DNA from: a virus
Lineage: Duplodnaviria; Heunggongvirae; Uroviricota; Caudoviricetes; Peduoviridae
Virus record (IMG/VR): IMGVR_UViG_2565956719_000008
Length of the DNA: 31,596 bases
Reading direction: 5' to 3' (one strand)
Shown here: positions 8,702 to 18,800 of the stretch, piece after piece
Numbering within the stretch: the first letter of the stretch is position 1
Layout: each line of letters opens with the position of its first letter
Made by a program: the position numbers and the translations under genes
The notes under the pieces: generated by a model
Told to the model about the DNA's origin: nothing
The model's input: only the letters and a program-made list of their open reading frames with translations
Databases searched by the model: none

Positions 8702-10473
8702 CAGTAAAACTCCAGAATGGTGGATGTCAGCGGGGTGCTGATACCGGCGGTGAGTGGCTCATTTAACAGGGCGTGCATGGTCGCCCAGGCGAGGTCGGCG
8801 TGGCTGGCTTCCTCGCTGCGGCTGGCCTCATACGTGGCGCTGCGTCCGCTGCTGGTCATGGTCTTGCGGATAGCCATAAACGAGCTGGTGATGTCGGTGG
8901 CGCTGACGTCATATTCCAGACAGCCACGGCGGATAACGTCTTTTGCCTTGAGCACCATTGCGGTTTTCATTTCCGGCGTGTAGCGGATATCACGCGCGGC
9001 GGGATAGAACGAGCGCACGAGCTGGAACACGCCGACACCGAGGCCGGTGGCATCAATACCGATGTATTCGACGTTGTATTTTTCGGTGAGTTTGCGGATG
9101 GATTCCGCCTGAGTGGCAAAGTCCATGCCTTTCCACTGGTGACGCTCAAGTATTCTGAATTTGCCACCGGCTACCACCGGTGGTGCCAGTACCACGCATC
9201 CGGCGCTGTCGCCACGGTGTGACGGGTCGTAACCAATCCATACCGGGCGGGAGCCGAACGGATTGGCGGCAAACGGCGCGTAGTCTTCCCATTCTTCCAG
9301 CGTGTCGACCATGCAGCGTTGCAGCTCCTCGAACGGGAACACTGACGCCTTGTCGTCAACAAATTCACACATGAACAGGTTTTTAAAATCGTCGGCGCTG
9401 TTTTCGCGTTTGAGCTGCTCAATGTCGAACAGCGTGCAGCCGCCTTTCAGCGCGTCCTCAATGGTGACAATCTGCCGCCACTGGCCGTCCGCACAGAGAA
9501 GCCCACCGGCAAGGGCGTTATGACTGACGTCGATTTCCACGCGTTCGGCGGCGCTGGCGCGTCCCCGGTTGAACAGTTCACCCGACCAGAACGGGTAGGC
9601 GTCGTGCGCCAGCGTGGACGGGGTGGAGAAATAGGTCGAACGCAGGTGACTCTGTGAGGCCATACCTGATGCCACCTTACGCAGTACCTGAAAATTCGGG
9701 ATCCAGAAAATCTCGTCGACGTACAGGTCGCCGTTATGGCTCTGTGCGGTGTTGGAGTTGGTGCCGAGAAAAATCAGTTTTGCGCCGTTATTGCCCAGGA
9801 CAATCGGGTCACCGGTCAGGTCAACGTCAACCAGCCGGGCAAAGGCGATGATGTATTCGCGGAACACATACGCCTGCGTTTTACTGGCCGACAGAAAAAT
9901 CTGGTTATGACCGGTTTTCAGGGCGCGCAGCAGCGCCTCGCGGGAAAAATAAAACGTTGCGCCAATCTGGCGGGATTTCAGGATATCGCGGATGCGGTGC
10001 TCAAGCCCGGCGCGATACCAGTGCAACTGATAGTCGAAAGACTGCTCAAAGAAAATCTGCTCCAGCTTTTCGATGGCCTCGTCACTGAAAAAATTCTTTT
10101 TCGGTTTGCGCCGCCCGCCTTTGTTGCGGTTAGCGACGTTCGGATTAAGGTCTGCCTCGTTGCCGGTCTGGCTGTAACGGTTGACCCGTGCCAGTCGTTC
10201 AATCTGGCGTCCCAGCAGGTCAATTTCCTTGAAGTCACCGCCGGTTTTCTGCGGTTTGATGATGAGCTGGGTCAGTCGCGCTTCCAGACTCATTTCGACA
10301 CGGCTGATGGGGGCAACGCTGTCCCAGCCGTCGCGCTGTTTCCAGCTCTGCACCGTCGGGCGTTTCATCTGCAACATGGCGGCAATCTGCGGCACGGAAA
10401 ACCCCTGCCAGTACAGCAGCGCCGCCTGACGACGCGGGTCGTGTAAAAGAGTGGTGTCTGTGGTGATGGTCAT
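8701..10473 (-). CDS. P: Terminase large subunit / ATPase (P2 gpP-like)
   Basis: 590 aa from ATG at 10473..10471 (MTITTDTTLL...) with GAGG SD; ORF-track start at 10503 is TTG. Divergent from O, as in P2. Confidence 0.9.
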   Translation of the reverse strand: MTITTDTTLLHDPRRQAALLYWQGFSVPQIAAMLQMKRPTVQSWKQRDGWDSVAPISRVEMSLEARLTQLIIKPQKTGGDFKEIDLLGRQIERLARVNRYSQTGNEADLNPNVANRNKGGRRKPKKNFFSDEAIEKLEQIFFEQSFDYQLHWYRAGLEHRIRDILKSRQIGATFYFSREALLRALKTGHNQIFLSASKTQAYVFREYIIAFARLVDVDLTGDPIVLGNNGAKLIFLGTNSNTAQSHNGDLYVDEIFWIPNFQVLRKVASGMASQSHLRSTYFSTPSTLAHDAYPFWSGELFNRGRASAAERVEIDVSHNALAGGLLCADGQWRQIVTIEDALKGGCTLFDIEQLKRENSADDFKNLFMCEFVDDKASVFPFEELQRCMVDTLEEWEDYAPFAANPFGSRPVWIGYDPSHRGDSAGCVVLAPPVVAGGKFRILERHQWKGMDFATQAESIRKLTEKYNVEYIGIDATGLGVGVFQLVRSFYPAARDIRYTPEMKTAMVLKAKDVIRRGCLEYDVSATDITSSFMAIRKTMTSSGRSATYEASRSEEASHADLAWATMHALLNEPLTAGISTPLTSTILEFY

Positions 10474-10646
10474 GAATACCTCGCCGTGATGAATACACGG
10501 CAAGGCTACTGAGTCGCGCCCCGCGATTCGCTAAGGTGCTGTTGTGTCAGTGATAAGCCATCCGGGACTGATGGCGGAGGATGCGCATCGTCAGGAAACT
10601 GATGCCGACATGTGACTCCTCTAATCACTATTCAGGACTCCTGACA

Positions 10647-11501
10647 ATGGCAAAAAAAGTCTCAAAATTCTTTCGTATCGGCGTTGAGGGTGACACCTGT
10701 GACGGGCGTGTCATCAGTGCGCAGGATATTCAGGAAATGGCCGAAACCTTTGACCCGCGAGTCTATGGTTGCCGCATTAACCTGGAACATCTGCGCGGCA
10801 TCCTGCCTGACGGTATTTTTAAGCGTTATGGCGATGTGGCCGAACTGAAGGCCGAAAAGATTGACGATGATTCGGCGCTGAAAGGCAAATGGGCGCTGTT
10901 TGCGAAAATCACCCCGACCGATGACCTTATCGCGATGAACAAGGCCGCGCAGAAGGTCTATACCTCAATGGAAATTCAGCCGAACTTTGCCAACACCGGC
11001 AAATGTTATCTGGTGGGGCTGGCCGTCACCGATGACCCGGCAAGCCTCGGCACGGAATACCTGGAATTCTGCCGCACGGCAAAACACAACCCCCTGAACC
11101 GCTTCAAATTAAGCCCTGAAAACCTGATTTCAGTGGCAACGCCTGTTGAGCTGGAATTTGAAGACCTGCCTGAAACCGTGTTCACCGCCCTGACCGAAAA
11201 GGTGAAATCCATTTTTGGCAGCAAACAGGCCAGCGATGACGCCCGTCTGAATGACGTGCATGAAGCGGTGACCGCTGTTGCTGAACATGTGCAGGAAAAA
11301 CTGAGCGCCACTGAGCAGCGCCTCGCGGAGATGGAAACCGCCTTTTCCGCACTTAAGCAGGAGGTGACTGACAGGGCGGATGAAACCAGCCAGGCATTCA
11401 CCCGCCTGAAAAACAGTCTCGACCACACCGAAAGTCTGACCCAGCAGCGCCGCAGCAAGGCCACCGGTGGTGGCGGTGACGCCCTGATGACGAACTGCTG
11501 A
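10647..11501 (+). CDS. O: Capsid scaffolding protein (P2 gpO-like)
   Basis: 284 aa from ATG 10647 (MAKKVSKFF...); the ORF-track upstream extension lacks support. Position and length as P2 O. Confidence 0.85.
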   Translation: MAKKVSKFFRIGVEGDTCDGRVISAQDIQEMAETFDPRVYGCRINLEHLRGILPDGIFKRYGDVAELKAEKIDDDSALKGKWALFAKITPTDDLIAMNKAAQKVYTSMEIQPNFANTGKCYLVGLAVTDDPASLGTEYLEFCRTAKHNPLNRFKLSPENLISVATPVELEFEDLPETVFTALTEKVKSIFGSKQASDDARLNDVHEAVTAVAEHVQEKLSATEQRLAEMETAFSALKQEVTDRADETSQAFTRLKNSLDHTESLTQQRRSKATGGGGDALMTNC

Positions 11502-11559
11502 CCGGCGTCAGTCAGTCCGGGAAAACCTTCACGATTAACCCTTAATTTCAGGAAAAACT

Positions 11560-12633
11560 ATGCGCCAGGAAACCCGCTTTAAATTTAATGCTTACCTGTC
11601 CCGTGTTGCCGAGCTGAACGGCATCGACGCCGGTGATGTGTCGAAAAAATTCACCGTTGAACCGTCGGTCACCCAGACCCTGATGAACACCATGCAGGAG
11701 TCCTCTGACTTTCTGACCCGCATCAACATTGTGCCGGTCAGCGAAATGAAAGGGGAAAAAATTGGTATTGGTGTCACCGGCTCCATCGCCAGCACCACCG
11801 ACACCGCCGGTGGCACCGAGCGTCAGCCGAAGGACTTCTCGAAGCTGGCGTCAAACAAGTACGAATGCGACCAGATTAACTTCGATTTTTATATCCGCTA
11901 CAAAACGCTGGACCTGTGGGCGCGTTATCAGGATTTCCAGCTCCGTATCCGTAACGCCATTATCAAACGCCAGTCCCTTGATTTCATCATGGCCGGTTTT
12001 AACGGCGTGAAGCGTGCCGAAACCTCTGACCGTAGCAGCAATCCGATGCTGCAGGATGTGGCGGTCGGCTGGCTGCAGAAATACCGCAATGAAGCCCCGG
12101 CGCGCGTGATGAGCAAGGTCACTGACGAGGAAGGCCGCACCACCTCTGAGGTTATCCGCGTGGGTAAGGGCGGTGATTATGCCAGCCTTGATGCACTGGT
12201 GATGGATGCGACCAACAACCTGATTGAGCCGTGGTATCAGGAAGACCCTGACCTTGTGGTGATTGTGGGGCGTCAGCTACTGGCGGACAAGTATTTTCCC
12301 ATCGTCAACAAGGAGCAGGACAACAGCGAAATGCTGGCCGCTGACGTCATCATCAGCCAGAAACGCATCGGTAACTTGCCGGCGGTACGCGTCCCGTACT
12401 TCCCGGCGGATGCGATGCTCATCACGAAGCTGGAAAACCTGTCCATCTACTACATGGATGACAGCCATCGCCGCGTGATTGAGGAAAACCCGAAACTCGA
12501 CCGCGTGGAGAACTACGAGTCAATGAACATTGATTACGTGGTGGAAGACTACGCCGCCGGTTGTCTGGTGGAAAAAATTAAGGTCGGTGATTTCTCCACA
12601 CTGGCTAAAGCGACCGCAGAGCCGGGAGCGTAA
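11560..12633 (+). CDS. N: Major capsid protein (P2 gpN-like)
   Basis: 357 aa; position between O and M; length matches P2 N. Confidence 0.9.
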   Translation: MRQETRFKFNAYLSRVAELNGIDAGDVSKKFTVEPSVTQTLMNTMQESSDFLTRINIVPVSEMKGEKIGIGVTGSIASTTDTAGGTERQPKDFSKLASNKYECDQINFDFYIRYKTLDLWARYQDFQLRIRNAIIKRQSLDFIMAGFNGVKRAETSDRSSNPMLQDVAVGWLQKYRNEAPARVMSKVTDEEGRTTSEVIRVGKGGDYASLDALVMDATNNLIEPWYQEDPDLVVIVGRQLLADKYFPIVNKEQDNSEMLAADVIISQKRIGNLPAVRVPYFPADAMLITKLENLSIYYMDDSHRRVIEENPKLDRVENYESMNIDYVVEDYAAGCLVEKIKVGDFSTLAKATAEPGA

Positions 12634-12636
12634 CCG

Positions 12637-13374
12637 ATGACGAGTCCCGCACAGCGCCACATGATGCGGGTCTCGGCAGCGATGACCGCGCAGCGGGAAG
12701 CCGCCCCGCTGCGACATGCAACTGTCTATGAGCAGATGCTGGTTAAGCTCGCCGCAGACCAGCGCACACTGAAAGCAATTTATTCAAAAGAGCTGAAGGC
12801 CGCGAAAAAACGCGAACTGCTGCCGTTCTGGTTGCCGTGGGTGAACGGCGTGCTGGAGCAGGGCAAAGGTGCACAGGATGACATTCTGATGACGGTCATG
12901 CTGTGGCGTCTGGATACCGGCGATATTGCCGGTGCGCTGGAGATTGCCCGTTACGCCCTGAAGTACGGTCTGACCATGCCGGGCAAACACCGCCGCACCC
13001 CGCCGTACATGTTCACCGAGGAGGTCGCGCTCGCGGCAATGCGTGCCCACGCTGCCGGTGAATCCGTGGATACCCGCCTGCTGACGGAGACCCTTGCACT
13101 GACCGCCACGGCTGACATGCCTGATGAAGTGCGCGCAAAGCTACACAAAATCACCGGTCTGTTTCTGCGTGACGCTGGTGATGCCGCAGGGGCGCTGGCG
13201 CATCTGCAACGTGCGACACAGCTCGACTGTCAGGCAGGCGTAAAAAAAGAGATTGAACGACTGGAGCGGGAGCTGAAACCGAAGCCGGAGCCAAAAGCGG
13301 CCACCCGCGCCCCGCGTAAGACCCGGAGCGTGACACCGGCAAAACGTGGACGCCCGAAAAAGAAAGCCAGTTAA
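12637..13374 (+). CDS. M: Terminase small (endonuclease) subunit (P2 gpM-like)
   Basis: 245 aa with basic Lys/Arg-rich C-terminal tail; GGGAG SD. Position as P2 M. Confidence 0.85.
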   Translation: MTSPAQRHMMRVSAAMTAQREAAPLRHATVYEQMLVKLAADQRTLKAIYSKELKAAKKRELLPFWLPWVNGVLEQGKGAQDDILMTVMLWRLDTGDIAGALEIARYALKYGLTMPGKHRRTPPYMFTEEVALAAMRAHAAGESVDTRLLTETLALTATADMPDEVRAKLHKITGLFLRDAGDAAGALAHLQRATQLDCQAGVKKEIERLERELKPKPEPKAATRAPRKTRSVTPAKRGRPKKKAS

Positions 13375-13473
13375 CAACCGAATGCGCCCCGCGCCAGGGC
13401 GGCACGCCGGTCAGTGAGGGTGAATCATCTGACACTGCACCGGCGTCCACCGCCCGACTTTTCAGAGGTAGTC

Positions 13474-13983
13474 ATGATGACGCTGATTATTCCGCGAAAG
13501 GAGGCTCCTGTATCCGGTGAGGGTACGGTGGTCATCCCACAACCGGCAGGCGACGAGCCGGTGATTAAAAACACGTTCTTTTTTCCCGATATCGACCCGA
13601 AGCGCGTCCGGGAACGTATGCGCCTTGAGCAGACCGTCGCCCCCGCCCGTCTGCGTGAGGCCATCAAGTCAGGCATGGCGGAGACGAATGCGGAGCTGTA
13701 CGAGTACCGCGAACAGAAAATTGCCGCCGGTTTTACGCGTCTGGCGGACGTCCCTGCGGACGACATCGACGGTGAAAGCATCAGGGTTTTTTACTACGAG
13801 CGTGCCGTGTGCGCGATGGCGACCGCGTCGCTTTATGAGCGTTATCGCGGCGTGGATGCCAGTGCGAAAGGCGACAAGAAGGCTGACAGCATTGACAGCA
13901 CCATTGATGAACTGTGGCGGGATATGCGCTGGGCGGTGGCGCGTATCCAGGACAAGCCGCGCTGCATCGTGAGTCAAATCTGA
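13474..13983 (+). CDS. L: Head completion/stabilisation protein (P2 gpL-like)
   Basis: 169 aa from ATG 13474 (MMTLIIP...) with GAGG SD; ORF-track start 13414 is GTG. Confidence 0.85.
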   Translation: MMTLIIPRKEAPVSGEGTVVIPQPAGDEPVIKNTFFFPDIDPKRVRERMRLEQTVAPARLREAIKSGMAETNAELYEYREQKIAAGFTRLADVPADDIDGESIRVFYYERAVCAMATASLYERYRGVDASAKGDKKADSIDSTIDELWRDMRWAVARIQDKPRCIVSQI

Positions 13984-14186
13984 TGAAGACCTTTGCGCTA
14001 CAGGGCGACACGCTCGACGCCATCTGTGTCCGGTATTACGGGCGCACTGAGGGCGTGGTTGAGACCGTGCTCGCCGCAAATCCGGGACTGGCTGAACTGG
14101 GTGCGGTGCTGCCACACGGCACCGCCGTCGAACTGCCCGACGTTCAGACCGCGCCCGTGGCTGAAACTGTCAATCTGTGGGAGTAA
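13983..14186 (+). CDS. X: Tail protein X (P2 gpX-like, LysM-like)
   Basis: 67 aa from ATG 13983 overlapping the L stop (TGATG); same length as P2 X. Confidence 0.8.
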   Translation: MKTFALQGDTLDAICVRYYGRTEGVVETVLAANPGLAELGAVLPHGTAVELPDVQTAPVAETVNLWE

Positions 14187-14189
14187 CGC

Positions 14190-14471
14190 ATGACAGCAGA
14201 AGAAAAAAGCGTCCTGTCGCTTTTCATGATTGGGGTGCTGATTGTTGTCGGCAAGGTGCTTGCCGGTGGTGAACCCATCACCCCGCGTCTGTTTATCGGG
14301 CGCATGTTGCTCGGTGGTTTTGTCTCGATGGTTGCCGGTGTTGTTCTGGTGCAGTTTCCTGACCTGTCACTGCCTGCGGTGTGCGGCATCGGCTCCATGC
14401 TGGGTATCGCCGGTTATCAGGTGATTGAGATTGCCATTCAGCGCCGTTTTAAGGGCAGGGGGAAACCGTAA
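14190..14471 (+). CDS. Y: Holin (P2 gpY-like)
   Basis: 93 aa with hydrophobic transmembrane segments and a charged C-terminus; GGGAG SD. First gene of the lysis cassette. Confidence 0.85.
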   Translation: MTAEEKSVLSLFMIGVLIVVGKVLAGGEPITPRLFIGRMLLGGFVSMVAGVVLVQFPDLSLPAVCGIGSMLGIAGYQVIEIAIQRRFKGRGKP

Positions 14472-14968
14472 TGCCAGTAATTAACACGCATCAGAATATC
14501 GCCGCCTTTCTCGACATGCTGGCCGTGTCCGAAGGGACGGCGAATCACCCGCTGACGAAAAACCGGGGTTATGACGTGATAGTCACCGGAGTGGACGGAA
14601 AGCCGGAAATTTTCACCGACTACAGTGACCACCCGTTCGCGCATGGCCGACCGGCGAAGGTGTTTAACCGTCGCGGTGAAAAATCCACGGCCTCCGGTCG
14701 CTATCAGCAGCTTTACCTGTTCTGGCCGCATTACCGCAAACAACTTGCCCTGCCGGATTTCAGTCCGCTGTCACAGGACAGACTCGCCATTCAGTTGATC
14801 CGCGAACGCGGTGCACTGGATGACATCCGGGCGGGATGCATTGAGCGCGCCATTTCACGCTGTCGCAATATCTGGGCGTCCCTGCCGGGTGCCGGTTACG
14901 GTCAGCGTGAGCATTCACTGGAAAAACTGGTCACCGTCTGGCGTACCGCTGGCGGCGTACCGGCTTAA
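14471..14968 (+). CDS. K: Endolysin (phage lysozyme, P2 gpK-like)
   Basis: 165 aa; start overlaps the Y stop. Catalytic-Glu context LAVSEGT near the N-terminus, typical of phage lysozymes. Confidence 0.9.
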   Translation: MPVINTHQNIAAFLDMLAVSEGTANHPLTKNRGYDVIVTGVDGKPEIFTDYSDHPFAHGRPAKVFNRRGEKSTASGRYQQLYLFWPHYRKQLALPDFSPLSQDRLAIQLIRERGALDDIRAGCIERAISRCRNIWASLPGAGYGQREHSLEKLVTVWRTAGGVPA

Positions 14969-14982
14969 ACGGAGTAAACACC

Positions 14983-15408
14983 ATGAAGAAATTATCCCTT
15001 TCACTGATGCTGAACGTGTCGCTGGCGCTGATGCTGGCACTGTCCCTGATTTACCCGCAGAGCGTGGCCGTCAGTTTTGTCGCCGCCTGGGCGATTCTGG
15101 CGACGGTTATCTGTGTGGTTGCCGGTGGTGTCGGCGTGTATGCCACGGAGTATGTGCTGGAACGCTACGGGCGGGAGCTGCCGCCGGAATCGCTGGCCGT
15201 GAAGATTGTCGCGTCGCTGTTTTTGCAGCCGGTGCCGTGGCGCAGACGGGCGGCGGCTCTGGTGGTGATGGTGACGACGTTTATCTCGCTGGTCGCTGCC
15301 GGGTGGATTTTTACTGCGCTGATTTACCTCGTGGCGTCGGTGTTCTTCCGGCTGATACGTACGGCCTGCCGTCAGCGTTTTGAGGGGCGGGAACCATGTC
15401 AAAGCTGA
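14983..15408 (+). CDS. lysA: Lysis regulatory membrane protein (P2 LysA-like)
   Basis: 141 aa, strongly hydrophobic with multiple predicted TM helices; GGAG SD. Confidence 0.7.
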   Translation: MKKLSLSLMLNVSLALMLALSLIYPQSVAVSFVAAWAILATVICVVAGGVGVYATEYVLERYGRELPPESLAVKIVASLFLQPVPWRRRAAALVVMVTTFISLVAAGWIFTALIYLVASVFFRLIRTACRQRFEGREPCQS

Positions 15409-15821
15409 TGATTGTGCTGGTTGTGTTGTTATCACTGGCGGTGGCCGGGCTGTTTCTGGTGAAGCATGAAAACGCCAGACTGCGCGCCTCGCTGGACAGG
15501 GCGAACAACGTCGCCAGCGGGCAGCAGACGACCATCACCATGCTGAAAAATCAGCTTCATGTTGCCCTCACCAGGGCAGACAAAAACGAGCTGGCGCAGG
15601 TGGCACTGCGTCAGGAACTGGAAAACGCCGCGAAGCGTGAAGCACAGCGCGAGAAAACCATCACGAGGTTACTGAATGAAAACGAAGATTTTCGCCGCTG
15701 GTACGGTGCTGACCTGCCTGATGCTGTGCGCCGGTTGCACCAGCGCCCCGCCTGCACCGACGCCAGTGATTGTCCACAACGCCTGCCCGAAAGTGAGCCT
15801 TTGCCCGATGCCGGGCAGTGA
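15396..15821 (+). CDS. lysB: Inner-membrane spanin component (Rz-like, P2 LysB-like)
   Basis: 141 aa; N-terminal TM helix followed by a coiled-coil-like charged region. Confidence 0.75.
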   Translation: MSKLMIVLVVLLSLAVAGLFLVKHENARLRASLDRANNVASGQQTTITMLKNQLHVALTRADKNELAQVALRQELENAAKREAQREKTITRLLNENEDFRRWYGADLPDAVRRLHQRPACTDASDCPQRLPESEPLPDAGQ

Positions 15822-15966
15822 CCCGCAGACGAACGGCGATTTAAGTGCCGATATCCGGCAGCTTGAGAACGCGCTGGCACGCTGTGCCAGCCAGGTAAAA
15901 ATGATTAAACACTGTCAGGACGAAAACGATGCTCAAACCCGACAGCCTGCGCAGGGCGCTGACTGA
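15676..15966 (+). CDS. lysC: Outer-membrane lipoprotein spanin component (Rz1-like, P2 LysC-like)
   Basis: 96 aa in a different frame, starting inside lysB and ending inside R. Signal peptide with Cys-containing lipobox-like motif (LMLCAGC) and Pro-rich mature region. Confidence 0.7.
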   Translation: MKTKIFAAGTVLTCLMLCAGCTSAPPAPTPVIVHNACPKVSLCPMPGSDPQTNGDLSADIRQLENALARCASQVKMIKHCQDENDAQTRQPAQGAD

Positions 15967-16396
15967 TGCCGTCACGGTGCTGAAAACCAGTCCCGAGATG
16001 CTGCGGATATTCGTGGATAACGGGAGTATTGCCTCCACACTGGCGACGTCGTTGTCATTCGAAAAGCGTTACACGCTCAATGTGATTGTGACCGACTTTA
16101 CCGGTGATTTTGACCTGCTCATCGTGCCGGTGCTGGTGTGGCTGCGGGAAAATCAGCCCGACATCATGACCACCGACGAAGGCCAGAAAAAGGGCTTCAC
16201 GTTTTATGCAGACATCAACAATGACAGCAGCTTTGATATCAGCATCAGCCTGATGCTGACCGAGCGCACGCTGGTCAGTGAGGTGGACGGCGCGCTGCAT
16301 GTGAAGAATATCCCGGAACCCACGCCGCCGGAGCCGGTCACCCGCCCGATGGAGCTTTATATCAATGGCGAACTGGTGAGCAAGTGGGATGAATGA
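15929..16396 (+). CDS. R: Tail completion protein (P2 gpR-like)
   Basis: 155 aa; position and length as P2 R. Confidence 0.85.
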   Translation: MLKPDSLRRALTDAVTVLKTSPEMLRIFVDNGSIASTLATSLSFEKRYTLNVIVTDFTGDFDLLIVPVLVWLRENQPDIMTTDEGQKKGFTFYADINNDSSFDISISLMLTERTLVSEVDGALHVKNIPEPTPPEPVTRPMELYINGELVSKWDE

Positions 16397-16841
16397 GTTT
16401 AAGCGTTTTGAAGACCGGCTGACCGGACTTATTGAGTCGCTGTCACCGTCAGGGCGTCGGCGGCTGAGTGCAGAGCTGGCGAAGCGTCTGCGGCAGAGTC
16501 AGCAGCGTCGGGTGATGGCACAGAAAGCCCCGGACGGCACACCCTACGCGCCACGCCAGCAGCAGAGCGCCAGAAAAAAGACCGGTCGTGTTAAGCGAAA
16601 AATGTTTGCGAAACTTATCACCAGTCGTTTTTTGCATATCCGCGCCAGCCCGGAACAGGCATCAATGGAATTTTACGGCGGGAAGTCGCCGAAAATCGCC
16701 AGTGTGCATCAGTTCGGTCTGTCGGAAGAAACCCGGAAAGACGGTAAGAAAATTGATTATCCGGCGCGTCCTCTGCTCGGCTTTACCGGTGAGGATGTGC
16801 AGATGATTGAAGAGATTATTCTGGCTCACCTCGACCGTTAG
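16389..16841 (+). CDS. S: Tail completion protein (P2 gpS-like)
   Basis: 150 aa; start overlaps the R stop. Confidence 0.85.
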   Translation: MNEFKRFEDRLTGLIESLSPSGRRRLSAELAKRLRQSQQRRVMAQKAPDGTPYAPRQQQSARKKTGRVKRKMFAKLITSRFLHIRASPEQASMEFYGGKSPKIASVHQFGLSEETRKDGKKIDYPARPLLGFTGEDVQMIEEIILAHLDR

Positions 16842-16873
16842 TTGTGCCATTCCTGACACCTCATCGTCACATT

Positions 16874-16895
16874 GCCGCCGGTATGACCCGGCGGC
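16874..16895 (+). promoter_or_regulatory. GC-rich hairpin in the S-V intergenic region (candidate operon-boundary structure)
   Basis: GCCGCCG-gtatgacc-CGGCGGC, 7-bp stem with no U-tract; sits where the O-operon ends and the V-operon promoter is expected. Confidence 0.3.
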
Positions 16896-16907
16896 ATCCT
16901 TCCCGTT

Positions 16908-17543
16908 ATGAACACTCTCGCAAATATTCAGGAACTCGCGCGCGCACTGCGCAACATGATTCGCACCGGCATTATCGTCGAAACCGACCTTAACGCCGGT
17001 CGCTGCCGCGTGCAGACCGGCGGCATGTGCACCGACTGGCTTCAGTGGCTGACCCATCGCGCAGGACGTTCGCGCACATGGTGGGCACCTTCCGTGGGGG
17101 AGCAGGTGCTGATTCTGGCCGTGGGCGGTGAACTCGACACGGCGTTCGTTCTGCCGGGGATTTATTCCGGCGATAACCCTCCGCCGTCTGCGTCGGCGGA
17201 TGCCCTGCATATCCGTTTCCCTGACGGGGCGGTGATTGAGTATGAACCCGAAACCAGTGCTCTGACGGTAAGCGGAATTAAAACGGCCAGCGTGACGGCT
17301 TCTGATTCTGTTACTGCCACGGTGCCGGTGGTCATGGTGAAAGCATCAACCCGCGTCACCCTGGACACACCGGAGGTGGTCTGCACCAACAGGCTGATTA
17401 CCGGCACGCTGGAAGTGCAGAAGGGCGGGACGATGCGCGGCAACATTGAACATACCGGTGGTGAACTCTCATCAAACGGGAAGGTACTGCATACCCATAA
17501 ACACCCCGGCGACAGCGGCGGCACAACCGGGAGTCCTCTATGA
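16908..17543 (+). CDS. V: Baseplate spike protein (P2 gpV-like)
   Basis: 211 aa; position and length as P2 V. Confidence 0.9.
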   Translation: MNTLANIQELARALRNMIRTGIIVETDLNAGRCRVQTGGMCTDWLQWLTHRAGRSRTWWAPSVGEQVLILAVGGELDTAFVLPGIYSGDNPPPSASADALHIRFPDGAVIEYEPETSALTVSGIKTASVTASDSVTATVPVVMVKASTRVTLDTPEVVCTNRLITGTLEVQKGGTMRGNIEHTGGELSSNGKVLHTHKHPGDSGGTTGSPL

Positions 17544-17887
17544 CAGCGCGTTATCTCGGAATGAATCGCAGTGATGGCCTGACTGTCACTGACCTTGAGC
17601 ATATCAGCCAGAGTATCGGCGATATCCTGCGCACACCGGTCGGCTCACGGGTGATGCGTCGTGATTACGGCTCGTTGCTGGCGTCAATGATTGACCAGCC
17701 GCAGACCCCGGCGCTTGAGTTGCAGATTAAGGTCGCCTGTTACATGGCGGTACTGAAATGGGAACCCCGCGTCACCCTGTCATCTGTCACCACGGCGCGC
17801 AGTTTTGACGGGCGAATGACGGTCACGTTAACCGGCCAGCACAACGACACCGGCCAGCCACTTTCGTTAACCATCCCTGTGAGTTGA
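17540..17887 (+). CDS. W: Baseplate wedge protein (P2 gpW-like)
   Basis: 115 aa; ATGA overlap with V. Confidence 0.9.
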   Translation: MTARYLGMNRSDGLTVTDLEHISQSIGDILRTPVGSRVMRRDYGSLLASMIDQPQTPALELQIKVACYMAVLKWEPRVTLSSVTTARSFDGRMTVTLTGQHNDTGQPLSLTIPVS

Positions 17888-17891
17888 AACC

Positions 17892-18800
17892 ATGCCGATT
17901 ATCGACCTGAACCAGCTACCCGCACCGGGTGTGGTCGAGGAGCTGGACTTTGAAACCATTCTTGCCGAACGCAAGGCGACACTGATTTCCCTTTACCCGG
18001 AAGACCAGCAGGAGGCGGTCGCCCGTACCCTGACACTGGAATCTGAGCCTCTCGTCAAACTGCTGGAGGAAAATGCTTATCGCGAGCTTATCTGGCGTCA
18101 GCGTGTGAATGAGGCCGCACGGGCGGTGATGCTGGCCTGTGCCGCCGGTAATGACCTTGATGTGATTGGTGCCAATTACAACACCACGCGCCTGACTATC
18201 ACCCCGGCAGATGATTCGACCATTCCGCCGACACCGGCAGTGATGGAATCTGACACCGATTATCGTCTGCGTATTCAGCAGGCTTTTGAGGGCTTAAGCG
18301 TCGCCGGGTCAGTGGGAGCCTATCAGTATCATGGTCGCAGTGCTGACGGGCGTGTCGCGGATATTTCTGTCACCAGTCCGTCTCCTGCCTGTGTCACCAT
18401 CTCTGTGCTGTCACGTGAAAATAACGGCGTCGCATCCGAAGACCTGCTGGCTGTGGTGCGTAACGCCCTTAATGGCGAGGACGTCAGGCCGGTGGCCGAC
18501 CGCGTGACCGTGCAGTCTGCCGCCATCGTTGAATACCAGATAAACGCCACGCTTTACCTTTACCCTGGTCCCGAAAGCGAACCCATCCGCGCTGCCGCTG
18601 TGAAAAAGCTGGAAGCGTATATCACGGCACAGCACCGGCTGGGGCGCGACATCCGTCTGTCTGCCATTTATGCCGCTTTGCATGTGGAAGGTGTGCAGCG
18701 TGTCGAACTGGCTGCACCACTGGCCGACATCGTGCTTAACAGTACGCAGGCGTCTTTCTGTACCGAATACCGCGTCGTGACCGGAGGCTCGGATGAGTGA
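17892..18800 (+). CDS. J: Baseplate protein (P2 gpJ-like)
   Basis: 302 aa; position and length as P2 J. Confidence 0.9.
   Translation: MPIIDLNQLPAPGVVEELDFETILAERKATLISLYPEDQQEAVARTLTLESEPLVKLLEENAYRELIWRQRVNEAARAVMLACAAGNDLDVIGANYNTTRLTITPADDSTIPPTPAVMESDTDYRLRIQQAFEGLSVAGSVGAYQYHGRSADGRVADISVTSPSPACVTISVLSRENNGVASEDLLAVVRNALNGEDVRPVADRVTVQSAAIVEYQINATLYLYPGPESEPIRAAAVKKLEAYITAQHRLGRDIRLSAIYAALHVEGVQRVELAAPLADIVLNSTQASFCTEYRVVTGGSDE

Noticed and set aside
10474-10503. ORF-track N-terminal extension of P (MPCIHHGEVF...)
   Set aside because: The 10503 start is TTG with no SD; the ATG at 10473 has a GAGG SD and gives a P2-like N-terminus.
10504-10646. Ogr-type late-promoter dyad (TGT-N12-ACA) upstream of P/O, V and FI
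   Set aside because: Scanning by eye found no exact TGT-N12-ACA in the P/O divergent region, the S-V spacer or upstream of FI; only TGT-N10-ACA near 16843 and a TGTTGT...ACAACA pair near 23762/23813. Not enough to call activator sites without a position-weight-matrix scan.
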